Shown piece by piece: positions 38,485 to 48,241 of a stretch of DNA of 64,000 nucleotides. This DNA is from Vulcanimicrobiota bacterium. Lineage in GTDB: Bacteria; Vulcanimicrobiota; Vulcanimicrobiia; Vulcanimicrobiales; Vulcanimicrobiaceae. Within the stretch, counting starts at the first letter, position 1, and every line of letters starts with the position of its first letter. Position numbers and translations under genes: made by a program. Where the stretch lies: contig QHBJ01000018.1 of the NCBI GenBank assembly GCA_003243975.1, forward strand, positions 37,507-101,506, read 5' to 3'. The notes beneath the pieces are model-generated. The model worked only from the letters and a program-made list of their open reading frames with translations. It had not been told where the DNA came from and did not search any database.

Positions 38485-38519
38485 GCGTGCATCCTGGGGA
38501 GCCATGACCTTAATATGGG

Positions 38520-39188
38520 CTAGCGCAACGCGGCAACGAACTGCTCGACGAGCCAGTCGGCGTTGGTAATCGCCGTCCCCACAACCACGGCGTCTGCCCC
38601 GTGCTCGCGCGCCGCGCGAGCGTCGGCCGGCCGGTGTACGCCGCCCTCGCAGATAACGAATCCGAGCCCTCGCATCGCCTCTACGAGCTCCAGGGCCGGG
38701 AGTCGCGCGTTCGCGGTGTCCTTCGTGTAGCCGCACAGCGTCGTGGCGACGACCGGAATGCCGAGTTCACGCGCGGTTTGCGCGTCTTGCAACCGCGCAC
38801 AATCTGCCATCGAGAGCGCTCCCGCACCACGCGCAGCAGCGTGTACCTGTGCGAGCGTAGCGCCGCCCGGCCGCAGTCGAGCGGTCGCATCGAAGGCCAC
38901 GACCTGCGCCCCCGCACCGCAGACTTCTTCGACTTCGCGCACGCTCGGCGTTATGTATGGCTCATAGCCATCGTAACTTCGTTTGACAAGCCCGATGACT
39001 GGCACTTCGACACGGGCTCGAACCGCCCGGATGTTCTCGACGCCTTGAACGCGCACCGCGACCGCCCCATTGTCCTGAGCTGCGCGCGCGAATGCAGCGA
39101 TGACCGCCGGATCGTCGAGCGCGGAGCCGGCGCGGGCCTGGCACGAAACGATGAGGCCGCCACGCAAGCGGTCAAGGATACCGGTCAT
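38520..39188 (-). CDS. nanE: N-acetylmannosamine-6-phosphate 2-epimerase
   Basis: NanE family (GGLIVSCQARAGSALDDP...VAVRVQGVENIRAVR...GLVKRSY), a TIM barrel of about 220 aa. Confidence 0.8.
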   Translation of the reverse strand: MTGILDRLRGGLIVSCQARAGSALDDPAVIAAFARAAQDNGAVAVRVQGVENIRAVRARVEVPVIGLVKRSYDGYEPYITPSVREVEEVCGAGAQVVAFDATARLRPGGATLAQVHAAARGAGALSMADCARLQDAQTARELGIPVVATTLCGYTKDTANARLPALELVEAMRGLGFVICEGGVHRPADARAAREHGADAVVVGTAITNADWLVEQFVAALR

Positions 39189-40102
39189 CCGTACCGGCGC
39201 GCGAGCGCTAGCGCACCTTCCTCGGGTTCTCGCGTCAGCGAAACGAGAACCGCCTCGGGCAAGCGGTCGCGCGCACGGGCGGCGACGAGTCTTGCGAAAT
39301 CGGCATTCCGCATAAGGCCGCCGGTGAACGCCAGCGGCGCGGGTTCGCCCAGGACGCGCTTGTTTCCGTGAAGACGCCGCGCGGTTTGCGCACCAAGCGC
39401 CGCGACGCGATCGGCTGCCTGCCGGATGATCTCGGCTGCCTCTTCGATTCTCTGGTCTTGCATTTCAAAGGCGTGCTGGGCGAAGGCCGCAACGTGACGG
39501 CGCTCGATCTCGCCGCTGTAGAACGCACGCGCCAGAGCTCGTAGTGAAGAAGCATCGAAGTGTTTTAAAACTGCGGATTCAAGCCGGGTCGGAGCCGCAA
39601 CGTCTTCGTCGCGCATTGCGCGTTCGATGAGCCGCCGGCCGATCCAGAAAGCGCCGCCCTCATCGCCGAAGAGGTAGCCCCATCCGCCGAGTGTTACGCT
39701 TTCGCCCGAAGCGTCGGTCCCGTAAGCAACCGTGCCGGTGCCGGCGATGACGACCACGCCCGGGCCCTCACCAAAAGCCGCCACGTGCGCAACGATGGAG
39801 TCGTGAACCAGCTGCAGATTCGCCGATGGCAACGCCGGTGCATGGCCGTAAACGCGCCCTTCGTAACCGCTGATACCGGCGACGATGGCTCGAAATTGTA
39901 CGCCGTCTTGCAAGCCCGCGTCGCGGCTCGCGTCTTCCAGCGCAACGCGTAGCGCATCGTGCAAACGGGTTGAAGCCGCACTCTGCGCCACCTCATCGGC
40001 CGGCGGGCCGGATCCGTGCCCGATGACGCGCCCTTCTGCATCCCCGATGACGGCTTTGGTCGCGCTCTGCCCGGCATCAATCCCCGCATAGTATGTCATC
40101 AA
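39185..40102 (-). CDS. BadF/BadG/BcrA/BcrD-type ATPase (N-acetylglucosamine/MurNAc kinase-like sugar kinase)
   Basis: ASKHA N-terminal motif (YYAGIDAGQSATKAVIGDAEG) and a GTG..VAYG second phosphate motif. Overlaps nanE by 4 nt. Confidence 0.7.
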   Translation of the reverse strand: MMTYYAGIDAGQSATKAVIGDAEGRVIGHGSGPPADEVAQSAASTRLHDALRVALEDASRDAGLQDGVQFRAIVAGISGYEGRVYGHAPALPSANLQLVHDSIVAHVAAFGEGPGVVVIAGTGTVAYGTDASGESVTLGGWGYLFGDEGGAFWIGRRLIERAMRDEDVAAPTRLESAVLKHFDASSLRALARAFYSGEIERRHVAAFAQHAFEMQDQRIEEAAEIIRQAADRVAALGAQTARRLHGNKRVLGEPAPLAFTGGLMRNADFARLVAARARDRLPEAVLVSLTREPEEGALALARRYG

Positions 40103-40461
40103 AAGCCCTTCTCAGTGAGCCAACTTCTCGGCTCCACTTCGTTGCGCTCGAAGTGGCACTGGTTGAGCAGTTCGAGTGCAAAGGCATCGGCCGCACGTTC
40201 GCGTGCCTTCCGATCTGCTACGCGATCAACATCTCCCCTGTGTTCCAAGTGGTGGTACAGTTCGTGACCGACGGCCATGGAGATAAACTGGGCCGCCTCA
40301 TTGGCGCGCAAACTCTCGATCACGCGCTGGTTAACGCGAATAACCGGTCCCGACGGATCGTACTCGGATCGCAACTCGTGCGCTCCCCACGTGCCGAGGT
40401 CCGCGTGCTCGATGCGAACGCTAAACTCGCGCGCCATTTCGAATGCGCGGCGCAGATTCAT
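40099..40461 (-). CDS. small HExxH protein (DUF955 / ImmA-IrrE-like metallopeptidase motif)
   Basis: 120 aa with GHELYHHLEH. Coupled on both sides by 4-nt overlaps. Confidence 0.35.
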   Translation of the reverse strand: MNLRRAFEMAREFSVRIEHADLGTWGAHELRSEYDPSGPVIRVNQRVIESLRANEAAQFISMAVGHELYHHLEHRGDVDRVADRKARERAADAFALELLNQCHFERNEVEPRSWLTEKGF

Positions 40462-41795
40462 AGCAGCACTCCGTCTTGCACCAGCGTTTTCCGTAATAGC
40501 TGCGGTTCCAGGTCGCGTAACCGGATGGACTGCGCGTTGGCCAGAGCTGCCGCCGTGCCGGCGGCTTGGCCCAGAGTCATGACGGTCGGTGTCAGTCGAG
40601 TCGAGGCCAGCGCTTCGTGCGTTGTGGAGATGCAGCGCCCCGCGACCAAAAGGCGTTCCACGCTTTGCGGCAGGAGACAGCGGTACGGAATCTCATAGGT
40701 GGCCCCTTCCGGCAGGCGTTGCGTATTGGTTCCGCTTCCGGTGGGATTGTGAATATCGATGGGATAGGCGCTGCGCGCGACGGCGTCCTCAAAGTGGCGT
40801 CCGGATAGCACGTCGTCTTTCGTCAGGGTATATTCGCCGACGATCCGGCGGGATTCGCGGATTCCGATCTGCGTCGCCGTCGCAGCGATGCGCGCATTCT
40901 CGAATCCCGGTACGCGTTTGCGAAAAAACTTGAGCAGTTGCATCGTTTGACCGCGAGCCTCCACCTCCGCCCGCGTCAGGTCGTCTGGATCGAGCGGATC
41001 GATGTCCGTTACGCGGGTCATATTCACGGTAACCTCATCGGCATGCGGCGAGATAAAGAATGAAACGAGCTCGCGCGGAATTGAAATCTCACCCGCCTTC
41101 CGGGCTTCATGCCACAGATCGTACAAACCAGCCACGGCAGTTAAGGAGTTCGCACTCCGTTCGTGGGCTTTGAGTGAGGTGCGCATCTGATCGGGATGCG
41201 AGCGCACGTACGCTGCGGTACGTTCCAGATCGACGTGACTCAGCCGAAACATCAAACTCGCGGGCTGCACCCGTCCGCTTTCGTCGCCCTGCTGCGTCTG
41301 CACGCCGGCGGTTGCCGCGACGAACGCGTCGGCCGTGGCGTCAATCGTGACTTTTGCGCGGTACTCCCGCTCACCGGCAACGGTTGCAAAACGAGCGCCA
41401 TCGACAGCGCCGGCGCCCACCAGCGCGTTTAGAACGTACGCGTGCAGCAGCAGGTGCACGCCCGCCTCGTCCATCATGGCGAAAAGCAACGCCTTGTGCA
41501 CTTCGGGATCGAACGGCGTAATCGTAGCTACGTAGTCGGAACTGTCGCTAATGTGTCCGGGCGAACCGCCGCTTTCCACCAGACGCTGCACCATCTCTTG
41601 CGCGATGCCGCCGACGATTCGCTCTTTGCCGGAATGAAACGTCATCCACGGCCCCACCATCGCGGCGGTCGCCGTGCCACCCAGAAAACCGTACCGCTCG
41701 GCCAGCAGCGTCTTTGCTCCGTGGCGCGAAGCCGCAATTGCCGCCGCACAGCCCGCGTTCCCACCGCCAACGACGAGCACGTCGTACGATTGCAT
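40458..41795 (-). CDS. FAD-dependent oxidoreductase (FAD_oxidored / GIDA-like family)
   Basis: N-terminal dinucleotide-binding motif (DVLVVGGGNAGCAAAIAASRHGAKTLLAERYGFLGG); 445 aa. Confidence 0.7.
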   Translation of the reverse strand: MQSYDVLVVGGGNAGCAAAIAASRHGAKTLLAERYGFLGGTATAAMVGPWMTFHSGKERIVGGIAQEMVQRLVESGGSPGHISDSSDYVATITPFDPEVHKALLFAMMDEAGVHLLLHAYVLNALVGAGAVDGARFATVAGEREYRAKVTIDATADAFVAATAGVQTQQGDESGRVQPASLMFRLSHVDLERTAAYVRSHPDQMRTSLKAHERSANSLTAVAGLYDLWHEARKAGEISIPRELVSFFISPHADEVTVNMTRVTDIDPLDPDDLTRAEVEARGQTMQLLKFFRKRVPGFENARIAATATQIGIRESRRIVGEYTLTKDDVLSGRHFEDAVARSAYPIDIHNPTGSGTNTQRLPEGATYEIPYRCLLPQSVERLLVAGRCISTTHEALASTRLTPTVMTLGQAAGTAAALANAQSIRLRDLEPQLLRKTLVQDGVLL

Positions 41796-41836
41796 TGCAA
41801 GCTCTTTCGACGAACGCTACGAGACGGCTTTTATCG

Positions 41837-42025
41837 CTACCACAAGGTGCCGCCTTCGACAAGCAAATAAAGAACCGGGCCGAAACCCCACACGACGCTT
41901 ACGATGAACCAAATCACTTTTCGCGTTTGATCCAGATCGCTGCGGCGGGCGAGATCGATCCACATCAAGATCATTGCGACCGGATGAAGAAAGATCGAAA
42001 TAAGAATCTCAAAGAGCAGTTTCAT
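41837..42025 (-). CDS. PLDc_N domain small membrane protein
   Basis: 62 aa; ILMWIDLARRSDLDQTRKVIWFIVSVVWGFGPVLYLLV matches the PLD-nuclease N-terminal (PF13396-like) two-helix pattern. Confidence 0.6.
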   Translation of the reverse strand: MKLLFEILISIFLHPVAMILMWIDLARRSDLDQTRKVIWFIVSVVWGFGPVLYLLVEGGTLW

Positions 42026-42055
42026 ACCATCTCCTACAATCGAATACGCGCGAAG

Positions 42056-44224
42056 TTACGCGCGGCGTCCGGACGTCAAAAGAACGACCCGCGCGGCCGG
42101 TTCCAGCCCGCGCACTTCTTCCAAAGCCAGCGCCGTCACTTGCTGCGCGCTGGCCAGCCCGCCCAAGTCCGCGCTGCGCGCGCCGTGAAGCAAGATGATG
42201 GCCGGTAACGCACGTCCGACGTCGCCGAAGGCGGTTTCCTCTTCGATCACATCGGGCAACGTGCGCGAGACGCTCTCGGCCGTAAGCGTGGTGACTCGGG
42301 CGCGGGAAAGACTCACGCGCGCCACACCCATGTCGTCGAGCACGCGCACGTCGTACCGCCCGGCACGCGCACTCCCAAAAACCGTTAACCCCGAGGTTGA
42401 TGCCACCGCTCGCACCGCAGCCAAATCCGTGCGCAGCAACTGTGCAGCCGTTGTCGCCAGTTCTTCGCCCGAAAGCGCAACGCGTCCACCGCCTTCTGCC
42501 AGCGCGCTGGCTCCCGAGGCGGTGGCACGCACCAGGTTGCGCTGCGTGTCGATTTCAATGCTGACGTCAACGGTTTGCGGCGCTGCTCCCGCGGCGATGA
42601 TGCGATCCTGTGCTTCGCGGCGGATGCGCACGATATCATCGGCAGACGGATCGACAATGGTGCGTTCCACGACGTCGCGCAAAAGTGCCAAGGCAACGCC
42701 GACCGGCGAGATCACTTCGGCATCGCGAGCCAACCGAAACGTGCGGTTCGAGCGCTGTGCGGCAAAGGGCACCAGTGCCGCCGCGCCGCCTCCGCCTCCA
42801 ACAATGACTACCGCGTTGGGATCGAGTTCGTAATCGGCAATGAGTTCGGCCACCGCGGCGAGCACTTTATCGCTCGAAATCTCGAGCACGCGCCGAGCCA
42901 ATACCTCGGCATCTAACCCGACGGTGGCAGCCGCAAGCTCAAAAGCCGCTCGGGCACTCTGCGGATCGCCGCGCGCAAAGGCGTCCTGCGGAACGTAGCC
43001 CAGCATGTTCGCAGCACAGGTCGGCGTGATCGCGATGCGCGTTCCATCGAGCGCCTCCAGCGCCAAGTAATCGTCGGGATCCCGTGGGGTAGGCCGGAAA
43101 CGAACCACGCTGGCTCCGGCAATCGTGTCCGGCCGGCAGAAGCACGCATACTTGAGCCCCGCAATGTGCGCCGAGCGGGGGCCGACATCTTTGATCCCGC
43201 CGGTTCCCGCGCGCACCATCGAGCCCCCCGCGATTCCGAGGGTCCGAACGTCTAACGTGCGCAGCATCGTGCGATGCCCGCCGATGCGCGCCGGACGCAT
43301 CTGTGGCATGCCGGCTCGAATGGCCGAACAGTCTGCGCTGGTCCCGCCGACTTCGATGAAGATTCCGTCGGTCACGTTATCGTGCAACAGCGCACCAGCA
43401 AGGCCGGCTGCCGGACCGGAAAGCATCGTTAGGATCGGGCGCCGTTCGACCTCCCGAACATCCATTACGCCTCCGTCGCTGCGCATGATCATCAGCGGCG
43501 CGCTAATGCGCGCCTCGGAAACGGCGCGCGCAGTCATGCGCGCCGTTTGCACCATCTTGGGCAGAATTGCCGCGTTCAATGCAGCGGTACGCGTGCGCGT
43601 CCGCAATCCGTACATGGAAGACACTTCGTGACCAGCGGTTGCAAAGATCGAACGATCGCGCGCCTGCGAAAGCAGCGCAGCTTCGTTTGCAGGCCGGTCG
43701 ACGGCGAACGGCTCGCTTACCGCGATTGATTGTGCGCCCGACTGCGCAAGCGCCTGAATTCCCCGAACTCCATCTCCGCCGCGCACAAATGCAAACCTGG
43801 GCGCGAAGCGCACGCCGGCAGCTAGCTGAAAAGCCGGAAACGCAATCTGCCGCCGCGCCAGCCAGCCGAAGCGCTCCGTGATACCGAGCACTCCCACCTG
43901 AGCGACGTCGCCTTCCAGTAATGAGTTCGTTGCTTGCGTGGTCGAGTGGGCGATGAATGAAACCTGAGCTGGCGCAATGTTGTGCGCGTTCAAGAGCGCC
44001 TGAATGCCCTCCACGATTCCCGCCGCCACGCCCTCGGGCGCCGAATGCGTGGTCGGGATCTTGATGAAGGCAATCAGTTTGCGGGTCGAACCATCGATCG
44101 CAACCACGTCGGTGAACGTTCCTCCCACGTCCACACCAACTCGAATCACAGCGCGGTACCTACTCGGCCGTAAATGGCTCGCGCAGCACGATGTGCACGG
44201 TTGCGTCGCCGCGTTCGATGTCAA
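42056..44224 (-). CDS. hydantoinase/oxoprolinase family protein (HyuA-like, ATP-dependent)
   Basis: ASKHA N-terminus (VGVDVGGTFTDVVAID) and 722 aa, typical of hydantoinase A / acetone-carboxylase-beta-like proteins. True start may be an internal GTG. Confidence 0.7.
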   Translation of the reverse strand: MTSNAATQPCTSCCASHLRPSRYRAVIRVGVDVGGTFTDVVAIDGSTRKLIAFIKIPTTHSAPEGVAAGIVEGIQALLNAHNIAPAQVSFIAHSTTQATNSLLEGDVAQVGVLGITERFGWLARRQIAFPAFQLAAGVRFAPRFAFVRGGDGVRGIQALAQSGAQSIAVSEPFAVDRPANEAALLSQARDRSIFATAGHEVSSMYGLRTRTRTAALNAAILPKMVQTARMTARAVSEARISAPLMIMRSDGGVMDVREVERRPILTMLSGPAAGLAGALLHDNVTDGIFIEVGGTSADCSAIRAGMPQMRPARIGGHRTMLRTLDVRTLGIAGGSMVRAGTGGIKDVGPRSAHIAGLKYACFCRPDTIAGASVVRFRPTPRDPDDYLALEALDGTRIAITPTCAANMLGYVPQDAFARGDPQSARAAFELAAATVGLDAEVLARRVLEISSDKVLAAVAELIADYELDPNAVVIVGGGGGAAALVPFAAQRSNRTFRLARDAEVISPVGVALALLRDVVERTIVDPSADDIVRIRREAQDRIIAAGAAPQTVDVSIEIDTQRNLVRATASGASALAEGGGRVALSGEELATTAAQLLRTDLAAVRAVASTSGLTVFGSARAGRYDVRVLDDMGVARVSLSRARVTTLTAESVSRTLPDVIEEETAFGDVGRALPAIILLHGARSADLGGLASAQQVTALALEEVRGLEPAARVVLLTSGRRA

Positions 44225-46181
44225 AGGTGTGCGGTTTGCCGTCGTAGGCGCGCGACTGCGTCTGATAGGTCCCGTACTCCCACCAAAACTTGTCGTCCAA
44301 CTTGTCCACGATGTCGCCCGAACGCATGCCGGCCACGTAAGCCGGGCCGCCAGGCCGCACGTACGCGCGCATATATCCGTCGTACGTCTTATACAGGGAA
44401 TAGAAGAACGTCGGCTTCAGCCGGAGCGGGTCATACGCTAGACCCTTGGACAGCAAGTTCTGCGCCATTGCGGGATGCAGTTGTCGCCACATGTTCATGC
44501 GCTCGCAAACGGTGAAGCCAAGCGCGCGTAGATCGCTTTTCGCAGGAGCAGGTGAGATGACGCGGTGCTCGTGCCATTCGTCCACGCCCCAGCCGGCGCA
44601 GTCCGAGAGCTCCAAGCCGACGTCGGTGTCGGTGCCTTCGAGTAATGCAAAGCGAGTCGAAGAGATATGCGCGAAAGCCGCATAGCTCTTGCGCGAGCAG
44701 TCGCCAGCGTTGGGGTTTTCACTGACCGAGAAGGCGCGCACGCCGGGCCAGCGGTTGAGCGCCTCGATAACGGCTTGCGCAGCAGCGGCGCTGTCGTCTT
44801 GGCCGTCGGAGCCGACGCCGACCGCGAATGCTGCGCGCTCCGGCGCAAACAACCCCGGAAGGTCCTGCGCCGCCGCCGCCGGCGAGACCAACGGAGAGAA
44901 CGGATTGACACCGAAGAAGCGGCTCGCACCTGCAACGATCGCGATAGCCGCCAGAGTCGCTACCGCCACCTGATAGGCAAGCGTCCGGCGCGTGATCTCT
45001 TCAATGTGGACGCCGGTAAAATTTCCGACCCAGACGTTGGCGGTGTTGGTCGGGTCGCAAACATTCTGCACTTGCACGACCGCCATGATCGCGGCCACCA
45101 AGACAATGGGCGGAAAAACGTGCGCGCCCAGCAGCACGGTAAAGATCGCGATGCCGACGCCAAAGGGGTTCAGCGGCCCGCGATAGAGCGCCAGCGGGCT
45201 GAGCAAGCCGAAAACCAACACAAACAGCAACGGATTATGGAGCCAGCCGCCGGACACCATCGGCGCGAGCGCTGCAGTAAACGCCGGCAGCTTGGTCGCG
45301 GTAAAGAGCATCCCGATGCCGATAAACAGCAGCACCGCAGGCGCAACGTCCTCGTATCCGCGTATCGCTGCGGCGATGAAAGTTTCCACCATTCGCCTCG
45401 GGCGCGTCGTCAACACGCCGTAGACCGCTGAAAGCGGAAACGCAATCAGCGGATCGACGTGGAAAGCGAAGTACAAGACGATGGGGAGCACCGGCGTGAG
45501 TAGCGCAATCCAAGGAACGCTTGCCGGGCGCGTCTCATCTGCCTCGACGGCCCAGGTAGCATAGTCGCGCGTGGTGCGAAACGCGATAACGGCGTAGACG
45601 ACCAGGGCCGCCAAATCAACTGCGGCCAAAATGAACGCGTAGCCGTACAATTGCTGCTGCTCGACGCCAAAAAACTTCGTGTAGAACTTCCAGTTGGCGA
45701 TGTTGAAGATGAAGCCCAGCGCGAAGGACATGAGAAACATGGTGGCGGCGATGCGACGAGGCACGCCCGTGGTCATCATGATCGGCAGGACGATGGAGCC
45801 GACCATAATGATTGCCCCGAGACCGGTCAGCGAGACGAACAGGGCCGCGACCACCGCGCACAAGATCGCTGCGACCACCGCCGGACGGTCGCCCGAAAAC
45901 TCGGCGGCGAAGTTTACGATCGAGCGCGCGATGCCGGTATCTAATGTAACCCTTCCCAAAATCGCGCCGAATATGACCGTGACGAACACCGGCGCCAATG
46001 CGGCCGAACCTGTGAGAATTACCGTACCCAGACTCGCCGGCATCGATGCCGGCACAACCCCGCAGACCGCGGTCATCACCAACGCCATGAGCGGAATGGC
46101 TAGCAGCGCCGGCATAAGCCGGCGATACATCAGCGCCGCAAAAATGAGGAAGACGGCAATGATCAAAACGCCGTGGTTCAC
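44160..46181 (-). CDS. GntP/ion-transporter-superfamily permease fused to a C-terminal ~250-aa soluble domain of unknown function
   Basis: The N-terminal ~420 aa shows the GntP-like pattern (GTVILTGSAALAPVFVTVIFGAILGRVTLDTGIARSIV...TGLGAIIMVGSIVLPI). The C-terminal region is hydrophilic and ends with a PDZ-like GPAYVAGMRSGDIV segment. Confidence 0.55.
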   Translation of the reverse strand: MNHGVLIIAVFLIFAALMYRRLMPALLAIPLMALVMTAVCGVVPASMPASLGTVILTGSAALAPVFVTVIFGAILGRVTLDTGIARSIVNFAAEFSGDRPAVVAAILCAVVAALFVSLTGLGAIIMVGSIVLPIMMTTGVPRRIAATMFLMSFALGFIFNIANWKFYTKFFGVEQQQLYGYAFILAAVDLAALVVYAVIAFRTTRDYATWAVEADETRPASVPWIALLTPVLPIVLYFAFHVDPLIAFPLSAVYGVLTTRPRRMVETFIAAAIRGYEDVAPAVLLFIGIGMLFTATKLPAFTAALAPMVSGGWLHNPLLFVLVFGLLSPLALYRGPLNPFGVGIAIFTVLLGAHVFPPIVLVAAIMAVVQVQNVCDPTNTANVWVGNFTGVHIEEITRRTLAYQVAVATLAAIAIVAGASRFFGVNPFSPLVSPAAAAQDLPGLFAPERAAFAVGVGSDGQDDSAAAAQAVIEALNRWPGVRAFSVSENPNAGDCSRKSYAAFAHISSTRFALLEGTDTDVGLELSDCAGWGVDEWHEHRVISPAPAKSDLRALGFTVCERMNMWRQLHPAMAQNLLSKGLAYDPLRLKPTFFYSLYKTYDGYMRAYVRPGGPAYVAGMRSGDIVDKLDDKFWWEYGTYQTQSRAYDGKPHTFDIERGDATVHIVLREPFTAE

Positions 46182-48181
46182 TGCGGTAACGGCCCGAGCA
46201 CTTCGTCGAAGGTTGGGAACCGGTGGCGATGCACGTATTCTTCGTACGTCATTGCGTTGATCTTATCGGCGCGCACGATCGCCTGCTGCGCGGCCAGATG
46301 GTAGCGCTCGAGCACGCTGGCTCGGTGCGAGCGTCGGTTCTCATAATCCCACGCTGCCGCATACTGCGATGCCAGTTCCTCCAGGTTGTCGCGCATCTCC
46401 CAGAAAAGATATTTGGTCACGAATAATCCGCGAAAAACCAAGCCGTCGTGTTTCCCGTCGGCATGTGCACGAGCATCGTCGTAGTACCAGCGGGCCTCGG
46501 ATCCAATTTGATAGGCGCGTCCCAGATAATCCAGGCGGCGCGCCGCGAGCTGCATGACCGCAAAGGCGTTAACGTGCATCGGCGGCCGCACGGCATGAAC
46601 GAGAATCGATTCGGCATCCCTTCGCACGGCAGCAAAATCCACTGCTGCCAGACGTCGCTGCAGGCGCGGATCGAGCGCGTCGCTCCAGAAGAGATAATCG
46701 GTCGTATCCGTCGGAGCACTCTTCAAACGGGCGACGATCGAACCGAGGACGACGATATCCCGCGCGTAGCTGACCTCGTCGCTACCGAAGAACGCGTGAG
46801 GAAAGCGTGTCGCGAATTCATCGGGGGCGATGGCGATGCTTTGCCACGCGTTGGCGGCCGCGAACAAGACGGGATACCACGTCGCTTCGTACAGCGATTC
46901 ACCGTCGTCGTGCCACACCGTTTGAAAGAGGCCGAGGACGTGCGCGTCTTTTCCTTCGGTGATGAACCGCTGCTCGTTCGGCAAGGCCGCGCGTACATCC
47001 GGGAAGATTTCGTTCCAATTTAGCGCGCCGGGAGCCACCATCTGATCGAATCCTCGTGCTGCCATCGTCCGAATGAACGGCACGTACGTTTGCTGCGAAC
47101 CGTAATGCCAGTTGACGATGACGCTATCGCGCGGAATATGGTCCAGCACGTCCGGATGGCGCTGGATAGCGTCGTCCCAGAGCATGACGCGCGTGCCACG
47201 GACGCGCACGATCTGCGCGACACGGTTGACGTGCGCGGCGTAGACGGCGGCGTCACCGGCTTGCGCTACTGCTGCCTGCGTCTGTCCGCGGCCCAAGTCG
47301 GACGGCTCATCAGCACCGATGTGAAAAAAGGGCGGCGCATGATTTGACGCGGCGATTGCATTATACTCATCACGCAGAATGCGCTCGAGATATCGGTACG
47401 TTATCGGATTAACCGGACTCATTAAGTATCCGTGCGGTAATTCGGCGGCGGGCGCGTAGGTTTCGAAGCGCAGCGTATTGTGCATGTGGGCAAACGTCTG
47501 CTGCTCGGGGATGAATGCTACGTGAAAGCGCCACGCGTAGTCGCTGAGTTCGGCAAGCTGTGAGGGCGTGATACCGTCCGCCGGCGCCGGCAATGGCTCG
47601 CGCGGTCCGGCGAAGACGTGCTCCATATACGGCGAGTAGCCGTTCATCTTGAATGCTGCGATCGTGCGGATGCGTTCCTTAAAGTATCGCATAGTCGGCA
47701 ACGGCCCCCGAGAAACGTCATCCGAGAGGATACGCCAGCGCAACGCTGGCGCATCGGTGATCGAGACGCATGGCAGATACCAACCCGCCGGACCTCGTTG
47801 CGCAAGCTGGGCTAGCGTCATCGCAGCATCAAAACCACCGTCGGTGTCGGCCGATTTGATCGAAACGGCCGCGCCTGAAACGCGTAACGCGTAGCTTTCG
47901 TGCACACCCGGGCGATACCCAACCCGAATATCGGGTGTACTCGAACGCACCAGCGGGGCGATTCCCAACGCGCTCCAGCGCTCATTGATCTCTTCCAAGG
48001 CCGCGGGATCAAACGTAAATGAAACGCGCAAGGCATGGTCGAGTCTTACTGGATGCACGCAGGGCAGCGCAACAATTGAGCTCGGCACCGGAAGCAGCCC
48101 GTACGCGCCACCGGCTGCAAGTCCGCGCGCCGGCCAGAACGCGCAGCCGAACAGGCAGCAAAGGATCAGGGCGCGCCGCAT
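46178..48181 (-). CDS. GH20 beta-N-acetylhexosaminidase
   Basis: Catalytic block FFHIGADEPS (the H-x-G-G/A-D-E of GH20). Signal peptide MRRALILCCLFGCAFWPA. Overlaps the downstream permease by 4 nt. Confidence 0.8.
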   Translation of the reverse strand: MRRALILCCLFGCAFWPARGLAAGGAYGLLPVPSSIVALPCVHPVRLDHALRVSFTFDPAALEEINERWSALGIAPLVRSSTPDIRVGYRPGVHESYALRVSGAAVSIKSADTDGGFDAAMTLAQLAQRGPAGWYLPCVSITDAPALRWRILSDDVSRGPLPTMRYFKERIRTIAAFKMNGYSPYMEHVFAGPREPLPAPADGITPSQLAELSDYAWRFHVAFIPEQQTFAHMHNTLRFETYAPAAELPHGYLMSPVNPITYRYLERILRDEYNAIAASNHAPPFFHIGADEPSDLGRGQTQAAVAQAGDAAVYAAHVNRVAQIVRVRGTRVMLWDDAIQRHPDVLDHIPRDSVIVNWHYGSQQTYVPFIRTMAARGFDQMVAPGALNWNEIFPDVRAALPNEQRFITEGKDAHVLGLFQTVWHDDGESLYEATWYPVLFAAANAWQSIAIAPDEFATRFPHAFFGSDEVSYARDIVVLGSIVARLKSAPTDTTDYLFWSDALDPRLQRRLAAVDFAAVRRDAESILVHAVRPPMHVNAFAVMQLAARRLDYLGRAYQIGSEARWYYDDARAHADGKHDGLVFRGLFVTKYLFWEMRDNLEELASQYAAAWDYENRRSHRASVLERYHLAAQQAIVRADKINAMTYEEYVHRHRFPTFDEVLGPLPQ

Positions 48182-48241
48182 TCGGGCGCAGTTTGCCGCG
48201 TCGGCGGAGCGCTCCCCCGCGCAAGGGCGGCGACCCCAGGC

